From Candidatus Woesebacteria bacterium GW2011_GWB1_39_10 (GTDB lineage Bacteria > Patescibacteriota > Microgenomatia > UBA8517), in contig LBVU01000002.1 in the NCBI GenBank assembly GCA_000993205.1, positions 117,079 through 181,078 of the forward strand: a stretch of DNA of 64,000 nucleotides, in the 5' to 3' direction. Both the position numbers and the translations under genes were made by a program. Each line of letters begins with the position of its first letter. Position 1 is the stretch's first letter. This document shows positions 1 to 9,177 of this stretch, in pieces. The notes under the pieces are model-generated. The model searched no databases. It worked only from the letters and a program-made list of their open reading frames with translations, and was not told where the DNA came from.

Positions 1-20
1 CCAAACCCTGAACGACTAAC

Positions 21-69
21 CGCTTGCGGAACAATGATGTTTCTACATCACTCCGCAAGCGTTTTTTTT
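21..69 (+). terminator. Rho-independent terminator: 10-bp perfect stem (CGCTTGCGGA / TCCGCAAGCG) followed by T8
   Basis: Inverted repeat 21-30 / 52-61 then tttttttt 62-69, read directly from sequence. Confidence 0.55.
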
Positions 70-103
70 GACAAAATGGGGCGTATGATGATATAAACCA
101 CTT

Positions 104-790
104 ATGGCCGAAAGAATTGTCGTGAGTCCCAGAGAGATAAAATTTGGCGGTGAGGGAAAGGCGGAGAACATCAATCGCGGTTTTGCGATTGCCACACTCA
201 GGAATCCCAGACCCGAATATAACTTTTCAAGAGGTGAAAGGATACTGGCCAACTGTTTTGACGACAACCAAAAGGTTCCGGTTGTGGTGGTGGCGAATGA
301 AATAAAACAACTTAAAGACTTTTCTGTCCCCCAGCTTGCCCTGGATGGATTTTTCTCCGTTCCCCACGTTGTAAACGGAATGAAAATGTATCCCGGTTAT
401 GAAAAAATAAATAAAAAATCGATAGTTCAAGCCATTACTTTCGTTAAAGAAGACGCCTTTAATAAATTACATAAAGATCTGCAAAAAGATATTTTGGCGC
501 ATTATGATGTTTTTGACGGATTGGTAAAAATGCCGGAACTCAGGCTCCTGTTCTTCCCAACCATGTGTTTCTGGCTTACCGAAAATGGCGCAAATATAGA
601 AGACTGGGTAGATTTTCTGGAAGTAAATCATCTTATTTCAGGTGAAGAAAAAAAGAAAATGGAAAGTTATACGCGTATGGGAAGCAATATGTTTAAACTT
701 CTAAAGGGCCGGTCCCGCATGTTGCAAGAGGTTTCCACAAAACCCGAGGATGGGTTATTCAGACCTTTAATTTTGGGTGCTTTTGATTAA
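104..790 (+). CDS. hypothetical protein (228 aa), no recognisable motif
   Basis: Long ORF in track; no family recognised. Confidence 0.5.
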   Translation: MAERIVVSPREIKFGGEGKAENINRGFAIATLRNPRPEYNFSRGERILANCFDDNQKVPVVVVANEIKQLKDFSVPQLALDGFFSVPHVVNGMKMYPGYEKINKKSIVQAITFVKEDAFNKLHKDLQKDILAHYDVFDGLVKMPELRLLFFPTMCFWLTENGANIEDWVDFLEVNHLISGEEKKKMESYTRMGSNMFKLLKGRSRMLQEVSTKPEDGLFRPLILGAFD

Positions 791-2026
791 TTAATCAAAA
801 AGATCTATAGCTCCCTGAAGAATTACATCTTCTTTGTCGGTATCTTTTGGCGTAATTACAATATCCGGTGTAAGTCCGATTCCATGCACCCAATTCCCCG
901 AAGGGGTCAACCATTTGGCGGTGGTTACATGTAATCCGCTCCCGTTTGCCGCATCAATAGGTTCCTGAACGGTACCCTTCCCAAAACTCTTCTCCCCTAC
1001 TAGTTTGAAATGGCGGACATCACGAAGCGCGCCGGAAAATATTTCACTGGCAGAGGCGCTTCCCCCATTAATCAAAACTGCAGCCTCATAATTTTGAAGT
1101 CTTTCAAGTCTGTCGGATCGATATTCAATCTTTCTTCCGTCTCCTCTTTCCTCAATAACGACCGTTGTCCCTACGGGAACAAAATCACTGGCCACGTCAA
1201 CCGCAGATTGCAAATAACCACCAGGGTTATTTCTAAGATCTATAATTATTCCTTTTATTTTTCCGTTTTGCAGGATCTGATCAACAATTTTATCCCACTC
1301 ATCGGTCGTTTGGGAATCAAATTTACTAAGTTTAACATGAGCGATACTTTTATCCTCTCCTACAAGATTAAGGGTAACAGACGGAACATTAAGCTTTGCT
1401 CGAGTAAGTTCGATTACAATAGGAGTCTTGTCCCCATCACGAATTAGAGTTAATGTAACTTTTGTCCCTGCCGGTCCTCTTATATCCTGAACGGCCTCGG
1501 GAAGAGTTATTGCGCTGGTTGAAACATCGATTTTTTTAGATACGTCGGTAATACGTACTATAAAATCTCCCGCCTTGACCCCGGCGCGTTCGGCCGGAGA
1601 ATCTGGCAAGGGGCTTACTACCGCCAATCTATTTTCTTTATAACCGATCTCAATACCAACACCTTCAAAAGAACCGCTCAAGTCCTCGTTGACTACTTTG
1701 TTTTCTTTTGGAGGCAAAAACATTGTATAAGGGTCTCCAACCGCCGCAACCATTCCGCTAATTGCGCCATAAACCATTTCTGAAGGCCTAAGTTTGCTTT
1801 TATCATAATATTTCGCGCTCAACGTATCCCAAACCTGCCAAAAAAGGGAAAAGTCTACATTCTTATCAGGAGGGGTTTGTCTGTCTATTTTTACCTGAAG
1901 TGATTTTGAAACTTCGGCCGTAAATCCCCTTACCCCGAGTTGATAGCCAAAGGTAAAGACAATAAGAAGTACGAAAATCCCGAGAACCGATTTTCTAACT
2001 TTTGAAAAACTAAGTTTGAAAGCCAT
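791..2026 (-). CDS. C-terminal processing (tail-specific) peptidase, S41 family, N-terminal membrane anchor plus PDZ
   Basis: LINGGSASASEIFSGALRD motif typical of S41 peptidases; hydrophobic N-terminus. Confidence 0.8.
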   Translation of the reverse strand: MAFKLSFSKVRKSVLGIFVLLIVFTFGYQLGVRGFTAEVSKSLQVKIDRQTPPDKNVDFSLFWQVWDTLSAKYYDKSKLRPSEMVYGAISGMVAAVGDPYTMFLPPKENKVVNEDLSGSFEGVGIEIGYKENRLAVVSPLPDSPAERAGVKAGDFIVRITDVSKKIDVSTSAITLPEAVQDIRGPAGTKVTLTLIRDGDKTPIVIELTRAKLNVPSVTLNLVGEDKSIAHVKLSKFDSQTTDEWDKIVDQILQNGKIKGIIIDLRNNPGGYLQSAVDVASDFVPVGTTVVIEERGDGRKIEYRSDRLERLQNYEAAVLINGGSASASEIFSGALRDVRHFKLVGEKSFGKGTVQEPIDAANGSGLHVTTAKWLTPSGNWVHGIGLTPDIVITPKDTDKEDVILQGAIDLFD

Positions 2027-2064
2027 ATGGAGATGATATCGGCTTTGAGCCGTTAACTCAAGAA

Positions 2065-2319
2065 CTAAATTCTGGGAGTGTATGGCAGAAGTGCCAAATG
2101 TCTGGCGCGTTTAATGGAAAGGGCAACACGCCTTTGATGTTTTGCACAAAGCCCGGTTCTATCTTTTCCCAAAAGTTTAGCACGGTCGCTTATATATTTG
2201 GTCAAGATTCCAATATCTTTATAGTCGGGCTCTGTTTTATTTTTGTCAAAGGGACAATTACGTGCAACAGGCGCTTCTTTCAATATCCTTCTTTTTTTAT
2301 TGTCTTTTTTCTTTGCCAT
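2065..2319 (-). CDS. rpsR: 30S ribosomal protein S18
   Basis: RRVALSIKRARHLALLPY motif; rpsF-ssb-rpsR operon context. Confidence 0.9.
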   Translation of the reverse strand: MAKKKDNKKRRILKEAPVARNCPFDKNKTEPDYKDIGILTKYISDRAKLLGKDRTGLCAKHQRRVALSIKRARHLALLPYTPRI

Positions 2320-2355
2320 AAAAATAGTTATTAGATTTTAGTTATTAGTTCTTAG

Positions 2356-2859
2356 TTAAAATGGTATATCCTCCTCACCGACTTCCTCCTTGTCCGCCGT
2401 AGCCTCGACGGAGGCGGATGCCTTTTTGTCTTTTTTAGCCGGCTTCTCTACTGACTCGACAGGTGCTTCTTGTGATTCAATCTTTGGCTCAGGAACTTCA
2501 ATTTCCCCTCCACCAACTTCATCGGATTTCTTATCCAAAATCAGCATATCGCTTATAACTACTTCTGTTCTTTGTTTTTGGGTTCCGTCAGTACCTTGCC
2601 AGCTACGTGTGGCAAGACGTCCCTCTACGTAAACTTTTCGGCCCTTTTTCAAAAGATTCGCGCAGATTTCGGCCAACTTGTTCCAAGCGACTACGTTGTG
2701 GAATTCAACATCCTCCTTTTTTTCACCACTGTCGGTATTCCAGCTTCTATTGGTTGCAACCCCAAAAGTACAAACCGCAGTTCCTTGCGGCGTATAACGC
2801 ATTTCGGGATCGCGAGTCATATTCCCGATCAACATTACTCTATTTAGTGATTTTGCCAC
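2356..2859 (-). CDS. ssb: single-stranded DNA-binding protein
   Basis: N-terminal OB-fold sequence MAKSLNRVMLIGNMTRDPEMRYTPQG and acidic C-terminal tail ending DIPF. Confidence 0.9.
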   Translation of the reverse strand: MAKSLNRVMLIGNMTRDPEMRYTPQGTAVCTFGVATNRSWNTDSGEKKEDVEFHNVVAWNKLAEICANLLKKGRKVYVEGRLATRSWQGTDGTQKQRTEVVISDMLILDKKSDEVGGGEIEVPEPKIESQEAPVESVEKPAKKDKKASASVEATADKEEVGEEDIPF

Positions 2860-2878
2860 TTCGTCTCGCCGTAGCTCC

Positions 2879-3178
2879 TTAAGCGGAGGCGGATCCTTCC
2901 TTTCTAATTAAAAGATAGCGTATCACATCAACGTCCGTTCTTAGTTTATCATCAAGCGCTTTGGCCCCGGTTGGGTCAAGCTCTATCTCAAAAAATAGGT
3001 ATAAACCGGTTTCGCTTTTGCCGATTTTGTAGGCCAATTCTTTAACTCCCCACTCTTTGGACTCTTTGATAGCGCCTTTAAAAATCTGAAGGGTTTTTTC
3101 AAAAGCCTCGACAACCTTCTTTTTCTTGGCCGCCCCGGCCTTGCCGTCCAAAACTACAGTCAGTTCATATTTGTTCAT
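2879..3178 (-). CDS. rpsF: 30S ribosomal protein S6
   Basis: MNKYELTVVLD start typical of S6; operon context. Confidence 0.88.
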   Translation of the reverse strand: MNKYELTVVLDGKAGAAKKKKVVEAFEKTLQIFKGAIKESKEWGVKELAYKIGKSETGLYLFFEIELDPTGAKALDDKLRTDVDVIRYLLIRKEGSASA

Positions 3179-3193
3179 ACAATTGGAATTATA

Positions 3194-4375
3194 TCAGCTT
3201 CCGATTTTGAACTCAACCACATCTCCGTCGTGCATTATATAGTCCCGGCCCTCGCTCCTGACTTTGCCTTCCTCACGACAAACCTTCCACCCGCCTACGC
3301 CCGGCTTCGGCGAGGCAGGCCCTCCAATAAAGTCACTAAAATCACAAACATCAGCTTTAATAAATTTTTTAATAAAATCCGTATGAATTACACCGGCGGC
3401 TTCTTGGGCACTGATCCCAACCGGAATGGTCCAAGCCCTAACTTCCTTCTCCCCTGCCGTTAAAAATGTAATTAGGCCGAGGGTTTTAAAAGCTTTCTGG
3501 ATTAACCTCTCCAATCCCGATTTTTTAATTCCAAGATCCTCCATGTATATTTTTTGGTCATCGTTAGAAAGTTCCGCAAGCTCGCTTTCGGTTTTGGCGC
3601 AAATTGCCACAACTTGATCGGGATTTAACTTGAGCTTTTCGGCAAAAGAAATTTCCAGATCATGCGCGTTTGCTAAATCTTTCTCATCCACATTCATAAC
3701 GACAAGGACGGGCTTGATTGTCAAAAGTCCTAGTTCTTTGGCTATTTTCCTCTCCTCCTCTGATACATCGTTATATAACGATGTATCACTGGATAAAATT
3801 GTTTTTAATCTCTGAACTGCTTGCCAGCGATCTTTTAATTCTTTATCCGGGGTATTGCCTGGGTCTTTTTGTTTTTCTAAAGTTTGAAGATCGGCCAGCG
3901 CAAGTTCAGTATTTAAGACCTCAAAGTCGCTTACGGGATCTTTTACTCCCTGTTTTACAATATCAGGGTCGGTAAATGCGCGAAGAACAAAACAAATCGC
4001 ATTGGTTTCCCTAATATGGCTTAAAAATTTGTTTCCTAATCCCTCACCTTTGCTAGCCCCGGCGATGAGACCAGCTATATCTACGAATTCGACAGTTGCT
4101 GGAACAATGGGGATACTCGATACTCGATACTCGATACTGGGTGGTTTTTTGTCCCCGCTTAGTATCTTAGTATCTCTATATCCTAGTATCTCCGACTCGA
4201 CAACTTTTCTAAGTTGTTCGAGGCGGCCGTCCGGAACCGGTACAATCCCTATGTTTGGTTCAATCGTTGCGAACGGAAAGTTCGCCACGTACGCCTGCTG
4301 CTTTTTAAGCAAAGCGTTAAAAAGTGTGGACTTCCCAACGTTTGATAACCCTACAATTGCCACACTAAGACTCAT
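3194..4375 (-). CDS. ychF: ribosome-binding ATPase YchF (Obg-family GTPase) carrying an about 30-aa in-frame insertion
   Basis: MSLSVAIVGLSNVGKSTLFNAL G1 motif, C-terminal TGS-like region; insertion ESEILGYRDTKILSGDKKPPSIEYRVSSIPI encoded by repeat 4112-4190. Confidence 0.88.
   Translation of the reverse strand: MSLSVAIVGLSNVGKSTLFNALLKKQQAYVANFPFATIEPNIGIVPVPDGRLEQLRKVVESEILGYRDTKILSGDKKPPSIEYRVSSIPIVPATVEFVDIAGLIAGASKGEGLGNKFLSHIRETNAICFVLRAFTDPDIVKQGVKDPVSDFEVLNTELALADLQTLEKQKDPGNTPDKELKDRWQAVQRLKTILSSDTSLYNDVSEEERKIAKELGLLTIKPVLVVMNVDEKDLANAHDLEISFAEKLKLNPDQVVAICAKTESELAELSNDDQKIYMEDLGIKKSGLERLIQKAFKTLGLITFLTAGEKEVRAWTIPVGISAQEAAGVIHTDFIKKFIKADVCDFSDFIGGPASPKPGVGGWKVCREEGKVRSEGRDYIMHDGDVVEFKIGS
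4112..4190. repeat. Palindromic oligonucleotide repeat (GATACTC)x4 ... (AGTATCT)x3 inside ychF coding sequence, in frame
   Basis: gatactcgatactcgatactcgatact at 4112-4138 and inverse agtatcttagtatc..tagtatc at 4161-4190; same heptamer family at 18470-18498 and 57339-57367. Confidence 0.8.
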
Positions 4376-4436
4376 TTTTTAGCCTCCCTTTCTTGACTTC
4401 TTGGGTAAATAGACATATAATATCCTCAAATTGGCG

Positions 4437-4880
4437 TTAGCCACGACCTTCTCGCTTCGGCGGGAAGGGCAAAACAAAGAATTTCGAAACTTCCTCTAAG
4501 ACTCTGAAAAAGTCACCCTCATCCATTTCTGATAATTTATTCCAAATTCGTTTTGAACTAAACACACGGATTTGTGAAATCATAACAGAAACAGTTTTAC
4601 CTTGCACTGATACCGGAACATAATATTTATTATCCTTAAGCTTTGTGCTCATGGGGATTCCCAAAAACAATTCACGATTGAATTTTTTGATAATTAGAAC
4701 GGGTCTAACAAAGTTTTCATTTTTACCATCCTCTTCAAAACCAACATTTACACCAACAGAAACCCACCAAATATCACGTTCTTTAAAAAGAGGTGGTGTT
4801 TTGATTTTGTAATGAGACTGCTTTTTCTTTTCAATCCATCCATCAAAATCTTTTGGGAAATTTACATCCATATAAAGCAA
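4437..4880 (-). CDS. PemK/MazF-family toxin-like protein (likely true start at an internal ATG, MDVNF...)
   Basis: RDIWWVSVGVNVGFEEDGKNENFVRPVLII and FLGIPMSTK match the PemK/Kid pattern GEIWLVSLDPTAGHEQQGTRPVLIV...LPVVVPVTS; track start is TTG. Confidence 0.6.
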   Translation of the reverse strand: MLYMDVNFPKDFDGWIEKKKQSHYKIKTPPLFKERDIWWVSVGVNVGFEEDGKNENFVRPVLIIKKFNRELFLGIPMSTKLKDNKYYVPVSVQGKTVSVMISQIRVFSSKRIWNKLSEMDEGDFFRVLEEVSKFFVLPFPPKREGRG

Positions 4881-4982
4881 TTATAATACTTTGAAGGAAA
4901 ATATTTACCTTGAAGTAGAAATTTATCCCTCAAAGTTTCAGCGAAGTGGGATCAAACTGTCCTTCGGCATGCTCAGGATAAA

Positions 4983-5008
4983 TTGGGACAGTGAAAAGAC
5001 TGTCCCAA
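4983..5008. promoter_or_regulatory. Perfect 10-bp inverted repeat TTGGGACAGT-gaaaag-ACTGTCCCAA in the divergent region between the PemK-like gene and the 5088 ORF
   Basis: Read directly; no T-run so probably an operator rather than a terminator. Confidence 0.4.
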
Positions 5009-5087
5009 TAGAAAGCGACGTGGCTAGATTTTAACATACTCTTTCCCCGATTTTTACTCGTCAGAAAAGAAGTGTATAATTCCCGCC

Positions 5088-5453
5088 ATGAAACAAGAAA
5101 TACTATTTGCGGAAGCCAAAAACCTGAAAGCTGAATTCACCTTTTCAAAACTGGATGCAGAGGAAAAAGAAATAGTTGACTCACTTGTCACATGGTCCAA
5201 TCCGGAAAGGTTTTCGGGTCAAATCAAACAACTTCACGGCAGAAGCGTTGTTATCAAAAGTCCGACAAGACACGTTTCTGATCCCATCGACTTTTTCATG
5301 GAAAAATATGACGGAATCCAAATTTTCGGATTTGGAGGCGCAAGGACAATGATCCGTGAAGGTGTCGCAGAAGTACCAAGCAAAATTGAAATTACACAAC
5401 TTAACGAATCCGACCATTCAAAAGAGCTTGCACAGATTCAGGAAAATTTTTAA
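5088..5453 (+). CDS. hypothetical protein (121 aa)
   Basis: ORF only. Confidence 0.45.
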   Translation: MKQEILFAEAKNLKAEFTFSKLDAEEKEIVDSLVTWSNPERFSGQIKQLHGRSVVIKSPTRHVSDPIDFFMEKYDGIQIFGFGGARTMIREGVAEVPSKIEITQLNESDHSKELAQIQENF

Positions 5454-5485
5454 GAACTCTTCACCAGACATTCGATTTAGCTTAT

Positions 5486-5917
5486 ATGGATGGACATTTG
5501 GGAAATATGAGTCTTCTTAGAACTGAGAAAAAAGCCGGAATTTATGCAACCGATTTGGGAAGCGTCAAAGATATAAAAAGCCACCCGTTTGCAGAAAAAT
5601 TCAGAGGAATTGATATATACACTTATATAGCAACATCACGTCGGCTTATGGCAAGCTATGCTAGTTATTTGGAAGCAAGGCATGGACAAGATAATGCAAT
5701 AAAAGATTTCCAGAATTTACTTACATTTATAAGTATTTCCGGCCTTGCTTCCGGATATTTTGAAACAGAAATAACAGATGGTGAAAGTATGTCTCCAACA
5801 GAAGTTGTTAAGAAAGGGAAAAAATTTGGAAACGATCTGGTAAAAATTTTCTCTCCGAATATCAGTCCTCAGGTCTCACTGGACATGTTCGAGATATACC
5901 TTAAGGAAATTATTTAG
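5486..5917 (+). CDS. hypothetical protein (143 aa)
   Basis: ORF only. Confidence 0.45.
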   Translation: MDGHLGNMSLLRTEKKAGIYATDLGSVKDIKSHPFAEKFRGIDIYTYIATSRRLMASYASYLEARHGQDNAIKDFQNLLTFISISGLASGYFETEITDGESMSPTEVVKKGKKFGNDLVKIFSPNISPQVSLDMFEIYLKEII

Positions 5918-6255
5918 AAGTAATTATACCGCAATTGTCTTTTGTTCCAGTTTGGAGACTCTTTTTTCCAATTTATCGAATTCTTCAACCGTCGGCGCAT
6001 CATCCTCCAAATTTGCAACCTGTAAACCGATTTTATCTATTCGCTTGGTTAACCTTTTTTCAACACCATCAATTTTTTGTCTAACTCTCCAAACTTACCT
6101 TCAAGTCCATCGATTCTACCTGACAATTTTTTGTCTAAACCATCAATTTTTTGCAATAATTCACTTTTCATGACACTTTGGCCATTAATTATTATTCGTA
6201 GCATTTTCTTTGTATCGTCCATTGGAATTAATATACTATCAAAAAACAGCCGATT

Positions 6256-6930
6256 TCAATATCCTTTATATACAATCTTTATTCTTCCCCCATTAAATGT
6301 TGCGTCGGCACCGTTTAACGACTTAATTTGCACCCGATAAATGTTTTGGCCTCTCCAAAAATAAAGTCTCCCGGATGCAACCCTAACACCGATTGTATCA
6401 TTGCTTTCGAGTTCGCTTCCGTTAACGGCAATTTTATTTGTCGCATCATAAAGTCGAACAAACACTTTGCTTCCGGAACTGGATGTGTTAATTGACGCAT
6501 CCCAATCAACATAGGCATCTTTACCGTATTCAGTCTCTAAATTAATCGGGGTATCGGTCCCACCAATGTCTGCCCAATCAGTATTTTTTGTAGTAAACGT
6601 ACCGTTTAAATTCAGATAAGCTGTCCTTTTTGTAAAAGGAGTAGTTGAAACAACCCTAACCGGTATCGGCGTTGATGTCTGTGTAGAAGCCGGAGTCTGC
6701 GATTTTAAAACTGACTCAATAACTTGAGTGACATAGTCTTTTATGTCATTTAAATTTACCTGCTGTACAGCTGTTTTTGCACCGTCTTGAGTAACAATTT
6801 TACTGTCTTTGACTTTTTTGACTTCACCAAAGAGAAAGAGAAAACCAACTGCCAACGCTACTATGCAAATTGAGAAAAATATATGAATGAGCGTGTCCGA
6901 AGATGTTTTTTTGTAATTCACCAGACCCAT
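6256..6930 (-). CDS. hypothetical membrane-anchored protein (N-terminal TM helix, extracytoplasmic Thr/Ser-rich domain)
   Basis: Hydrophobic segment IHIFFSICIVALAVGFLFLF near N-terminus. Confidence 0.5.
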   Translation of the reverse strand: MGLVNYKKTSSDTLIHIFFSICIVALAVGFLFLFGEVKKVKDSKIVTQDGAKTAVQQVNLNDIKDYVTQVIESVLKSQTPASTQTSTPIPVRVVSTTPFTKRTAYLNLNGTFTTKNTDWADIGGTDTPINLETEYGKDAYVDWDASINTSSSGSKVFVRLYDATNKIAVNGSELESNDTIGVRVASGRLYFWRGQNIYRVQIKSLNGADATFNGGRIKIVYKGY

Positions 6931-7091
6931 ACTAAAATCTTAACCTTTTTTATTCAGACTTTGCAAATACTAGCATCTTGATGCTAGGACGAAGCAATCA
7001 GTGAATATACCTACCCGAAGGAATATCTTACGGTTCAACGCATAGAAACCTACTCACAAATTCAATTTCGCTGGTTAGTGTTGCCGAAAGG

Positions 7092-7406
7092 TTATGCTAG
7101 TGTAATTTCAAAAATACTTTTAATCTTTGGGCTTGCGACCTTGTAAAAAATATTTTTACCCTGGCGTCTTGAATTAACTAGCCCAGTGAGTCTTAATATT
7201 TTTAGATGTTGGGAGGTGTTTGACTTTCTGACCTTCAGAATTTTTGATAGCTCATTTACCGTAACCTCGGAATTCATAGTCATACTTAAAATTTCGAGTC
7301 TTTTGGAGTTTGCGATAGCTTTGAATAGTTCAGCCATCTGTTCGTAAGCTTTTGGAGTGAATGAAAGTTTGTTTAATACCATATCTAATATGCTAATATG
7401 TTGCAT
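7092..7406 (-). CDS. ArsR/SmtB-family winged-helix transcriptional regulator (start taken at MQHIS; track ORF extends to 7460)
   Basis: KAIANSKRLEILSMTMNSEVTVNELSKILKVRKSNTSQHLKILRLTGLV is an ArsR-type HTH. Confidence 0.75.
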   Translation of the reverse strand: MQHISILDMVLNKLSFTPKAYEQMAELFKAIANSKRLEILSMTMNSEVTVNELSKILKVRKSNTSQHLKILRLTGLVNSRRQGKNIFYKVASPKIKSIFEITLA

Positions 7407-7429
7407 ATTTGTAACATGTAATTTCAGGG

Positions 7430-7460
7430 TTGTCAAGTTCCAACTGCTGGCACTTGACAA
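7430..7460. promoter_or_regulatory. 9-bp inverted repeat TTGTCAAGT-N13-ACTTGACAA, putative ArsR autoregulatory operator
   Basis: Read directly, 24 bp upstream of the MQHIS start. Confidence 0.5.
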
Positions 7461-7515
7461 TGTTTGGTATCTGCGATGTAATGAAACTAAGTTACTGATT
7501 TGTAACTATATATAA

Positions 7516-7935
7516 ATGAAGAAAATACTTATAGTTGAGGACGAACCGTCGTTTCTTAACCTACTCCACAAAGAGTTGACATCAAAAGGATATACGGTAG
7601 TTGACGCCAAGGATGGGAAAGAAGGATACGATACAGCAATGCTGGTTAAACCCGACCTTATTCTTCTGGACATTCTTATGCCCGGAGTCGACGGCCTAAC
7701 TATGCTCGAGCTTCTTCGAAAAAACAGAGACGGAAGGGATAAGGTCATTATCCTTACCAACCTAGAATTGGATAATAACGTTATGAAACGGGCGCTGGAT
7801 GCCAAACCGTTATATTATTTTGTTAAAAGCGACATCTCTCTTTCCGCCTTGATTCAAAAAATTGACGAGGAGCTTATGGAACAAGAAGTAAAAGAACTGG
7901 TTGAAGAAGACAATGAACACAGGGGGATAATTTAA
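7516..7935 (+). CDS. response regulator receiver-domain protein (CheY-like, no output domain)
   Basis: MKKILIVEDEPSFLNLLHKEL...LILLDILMPGVDG receiver motifs with conserved Asp positions. Confidence 0.8.
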   Translation: MKKILIVEDEPSFLNLLHKELTSKGYTVVDAKDGKEGYDTAMLVKPDLILLDILMPGVDGLTMLELLRKNRDGRDKVIILTNLELDNNVMKRALDAKPLYYFVKSDISLSALIQKIDEELMEQEVKELVEEDNEHRGII

Positions 7936-7943
7936 TACACCAC

Positions 7944-8186
7944 ATGAATGTTATTATCTGGATTACAATCGGAATTGTGGGCGGGTGGCTAATCGCCACG
8001 TTTGTAAAACACTCTACAAGCAATCTAATTGACCTAATCTTTGGACTTGTTGGTAGTCTGGTTGGCGCTTTTATTGCCAATTTGTTTATTGGGACTCCGT
8101 CAACAAGTGTTTACACTTTTATATCAGCCGCAATCGGAGCAGTTGTTTTTATTTTCTTGGGAAGACTGCACGGGATTTTTAAGTAA
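7944..8186 (+). CDS. GlsB/YeaQ/YmgE-family small membrane protein (transglycosylase-associated)
   Basis: WITIGIVGGWLIATFV...GLVGSLVGAFIANLFIG pattern typical of the family. Confidence 0.7.
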   Translation: MNVIIWITIGIVGGWLIATFVKHSTSNLIDLIFGLVGSLVGAFIANLFIGTPSTSVYTFISAAIGAVVFIFLGRLHGIFK

Positions 8187-8208
8187 GTTTGCACAGACTT
8201 AATATTCT

Positions 8209-9177
8209 TTAATGAAGTTTATGTCCATAATTAAGAGCTTTTACTCCATCTTTTGCTTCATTAATTTCTCTAAATGAAAGGAATAGAAAAATGCCGAGAA
8301 GTAAAAATGTGTTAACAGGCGCCAACCAAAAAGGATATTCGTTGCCAAAAGCCTCAAGAACCATTATTCCCCCAAGAAAACCTATTGAATACATCGCCCC
8401 GTTTTTGAGATATGCAAACTTGGTAATTAAATCAATTCCACGAACCGTAAACTCCCGAACAACGTATGCGCCCAAACCATTTCCTAAAATAATTAAAGGG
8501 ACTGAAAGTGTAAACGCAAATGCACCGATTACTCCATCAATCGAAAAACTTGCATCCAATATCTCTAAGAAAAGAATTTTGCTCAAAGCGCCCATATGAG
8601 AAGTCATTAGCTTCTCTTCTTCTTTTGCGGCATTCTTTTTAAATCCGTCTGTAATAAAAAATGCTGTCGCCCCGATTGATGCGGAAAGAGCCAAAATCGG
8701 ATGAAGATTTACAGAGAAATAAATAATCGCAGTTACGAAAACTGACGAGAGTGCATAAAACCAGATCGATGCTTTATGAATAAACCCCTCAACCAAAAAC
8801 GCGTATTTTTTTTCTTCGGTAAAAAGCCATGACAAAAAAACCAGAAAAAGATAAACTCCCCCACCAAGAAGTAAAATCGGTTTTGAAGCTTCCATTGATT
8901 TTTCCACTACTCCATCTTGCGCAAAAGAAGAACCAACGACCTGAATTAAAGTAAATTCAGGATTTGCAATCCAAACAATTAAAAATGGCAGTATCCCGCG
9001 TATTATAACTACCGCGAATATCAGTCCCCAAAACAAGAAGAATTTTTTATATTTTTCCGGGACCGTGGAGAGAACGTGTGCATTAACTATTGCATTATCA
9101 ATGGAAGAAACAGTCTCAAAAAGAGCAAGTCCGAAAATTACGATTATTGTATGCAAAACCATAAAACTATTATACAA
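8209..9177 (-). CDS. multi-pass integral membrane protein, possibly TerC/DUF475-like
   Basis: Multiple hydrophobic helices; SSIDNAIVNA motif reminiscent of the TerC family. Confidence 0.45.
   Translation of the reverse strand: MYNSFMVLHTIIVIFGLALFETVSSIDNAIVNAHVLSTVPEKYKKFFLFWGLIFAVVIIRGILPFLIVWIANPEFTLIQVVGSSFAQDGVVEKSMEASKPILLLGGGVYLFLVFLSWLFTEEKKYAFLVEGFIHKASIWFYALSSVFVTAIIYFSVNLHPILALSASIGATAFFITDGFKKNAAKEEEKLMTSHMGALSKILFLEILDASFSIDGVIGAFAFTLSVPLIILGNGLGAYVVREFTVRGIDLITKFAYLKNGAMYSIGFLGGIMVLEAFGNEYPFWLAPVNTFLLLGIFLFLSFREINEAKDGVKALNYGHKLH

Noticed and set aside
1010-1447. Plus-strand 145-aa ORF and similar internal antisense ORFs (e.g. 33836-34333 inside topA, 20305-20667 inside dnaX, 57317-57844 inside rnhB)
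   Set aside because: Fully embedded antisense in well-supported conserved genes; no independent support.
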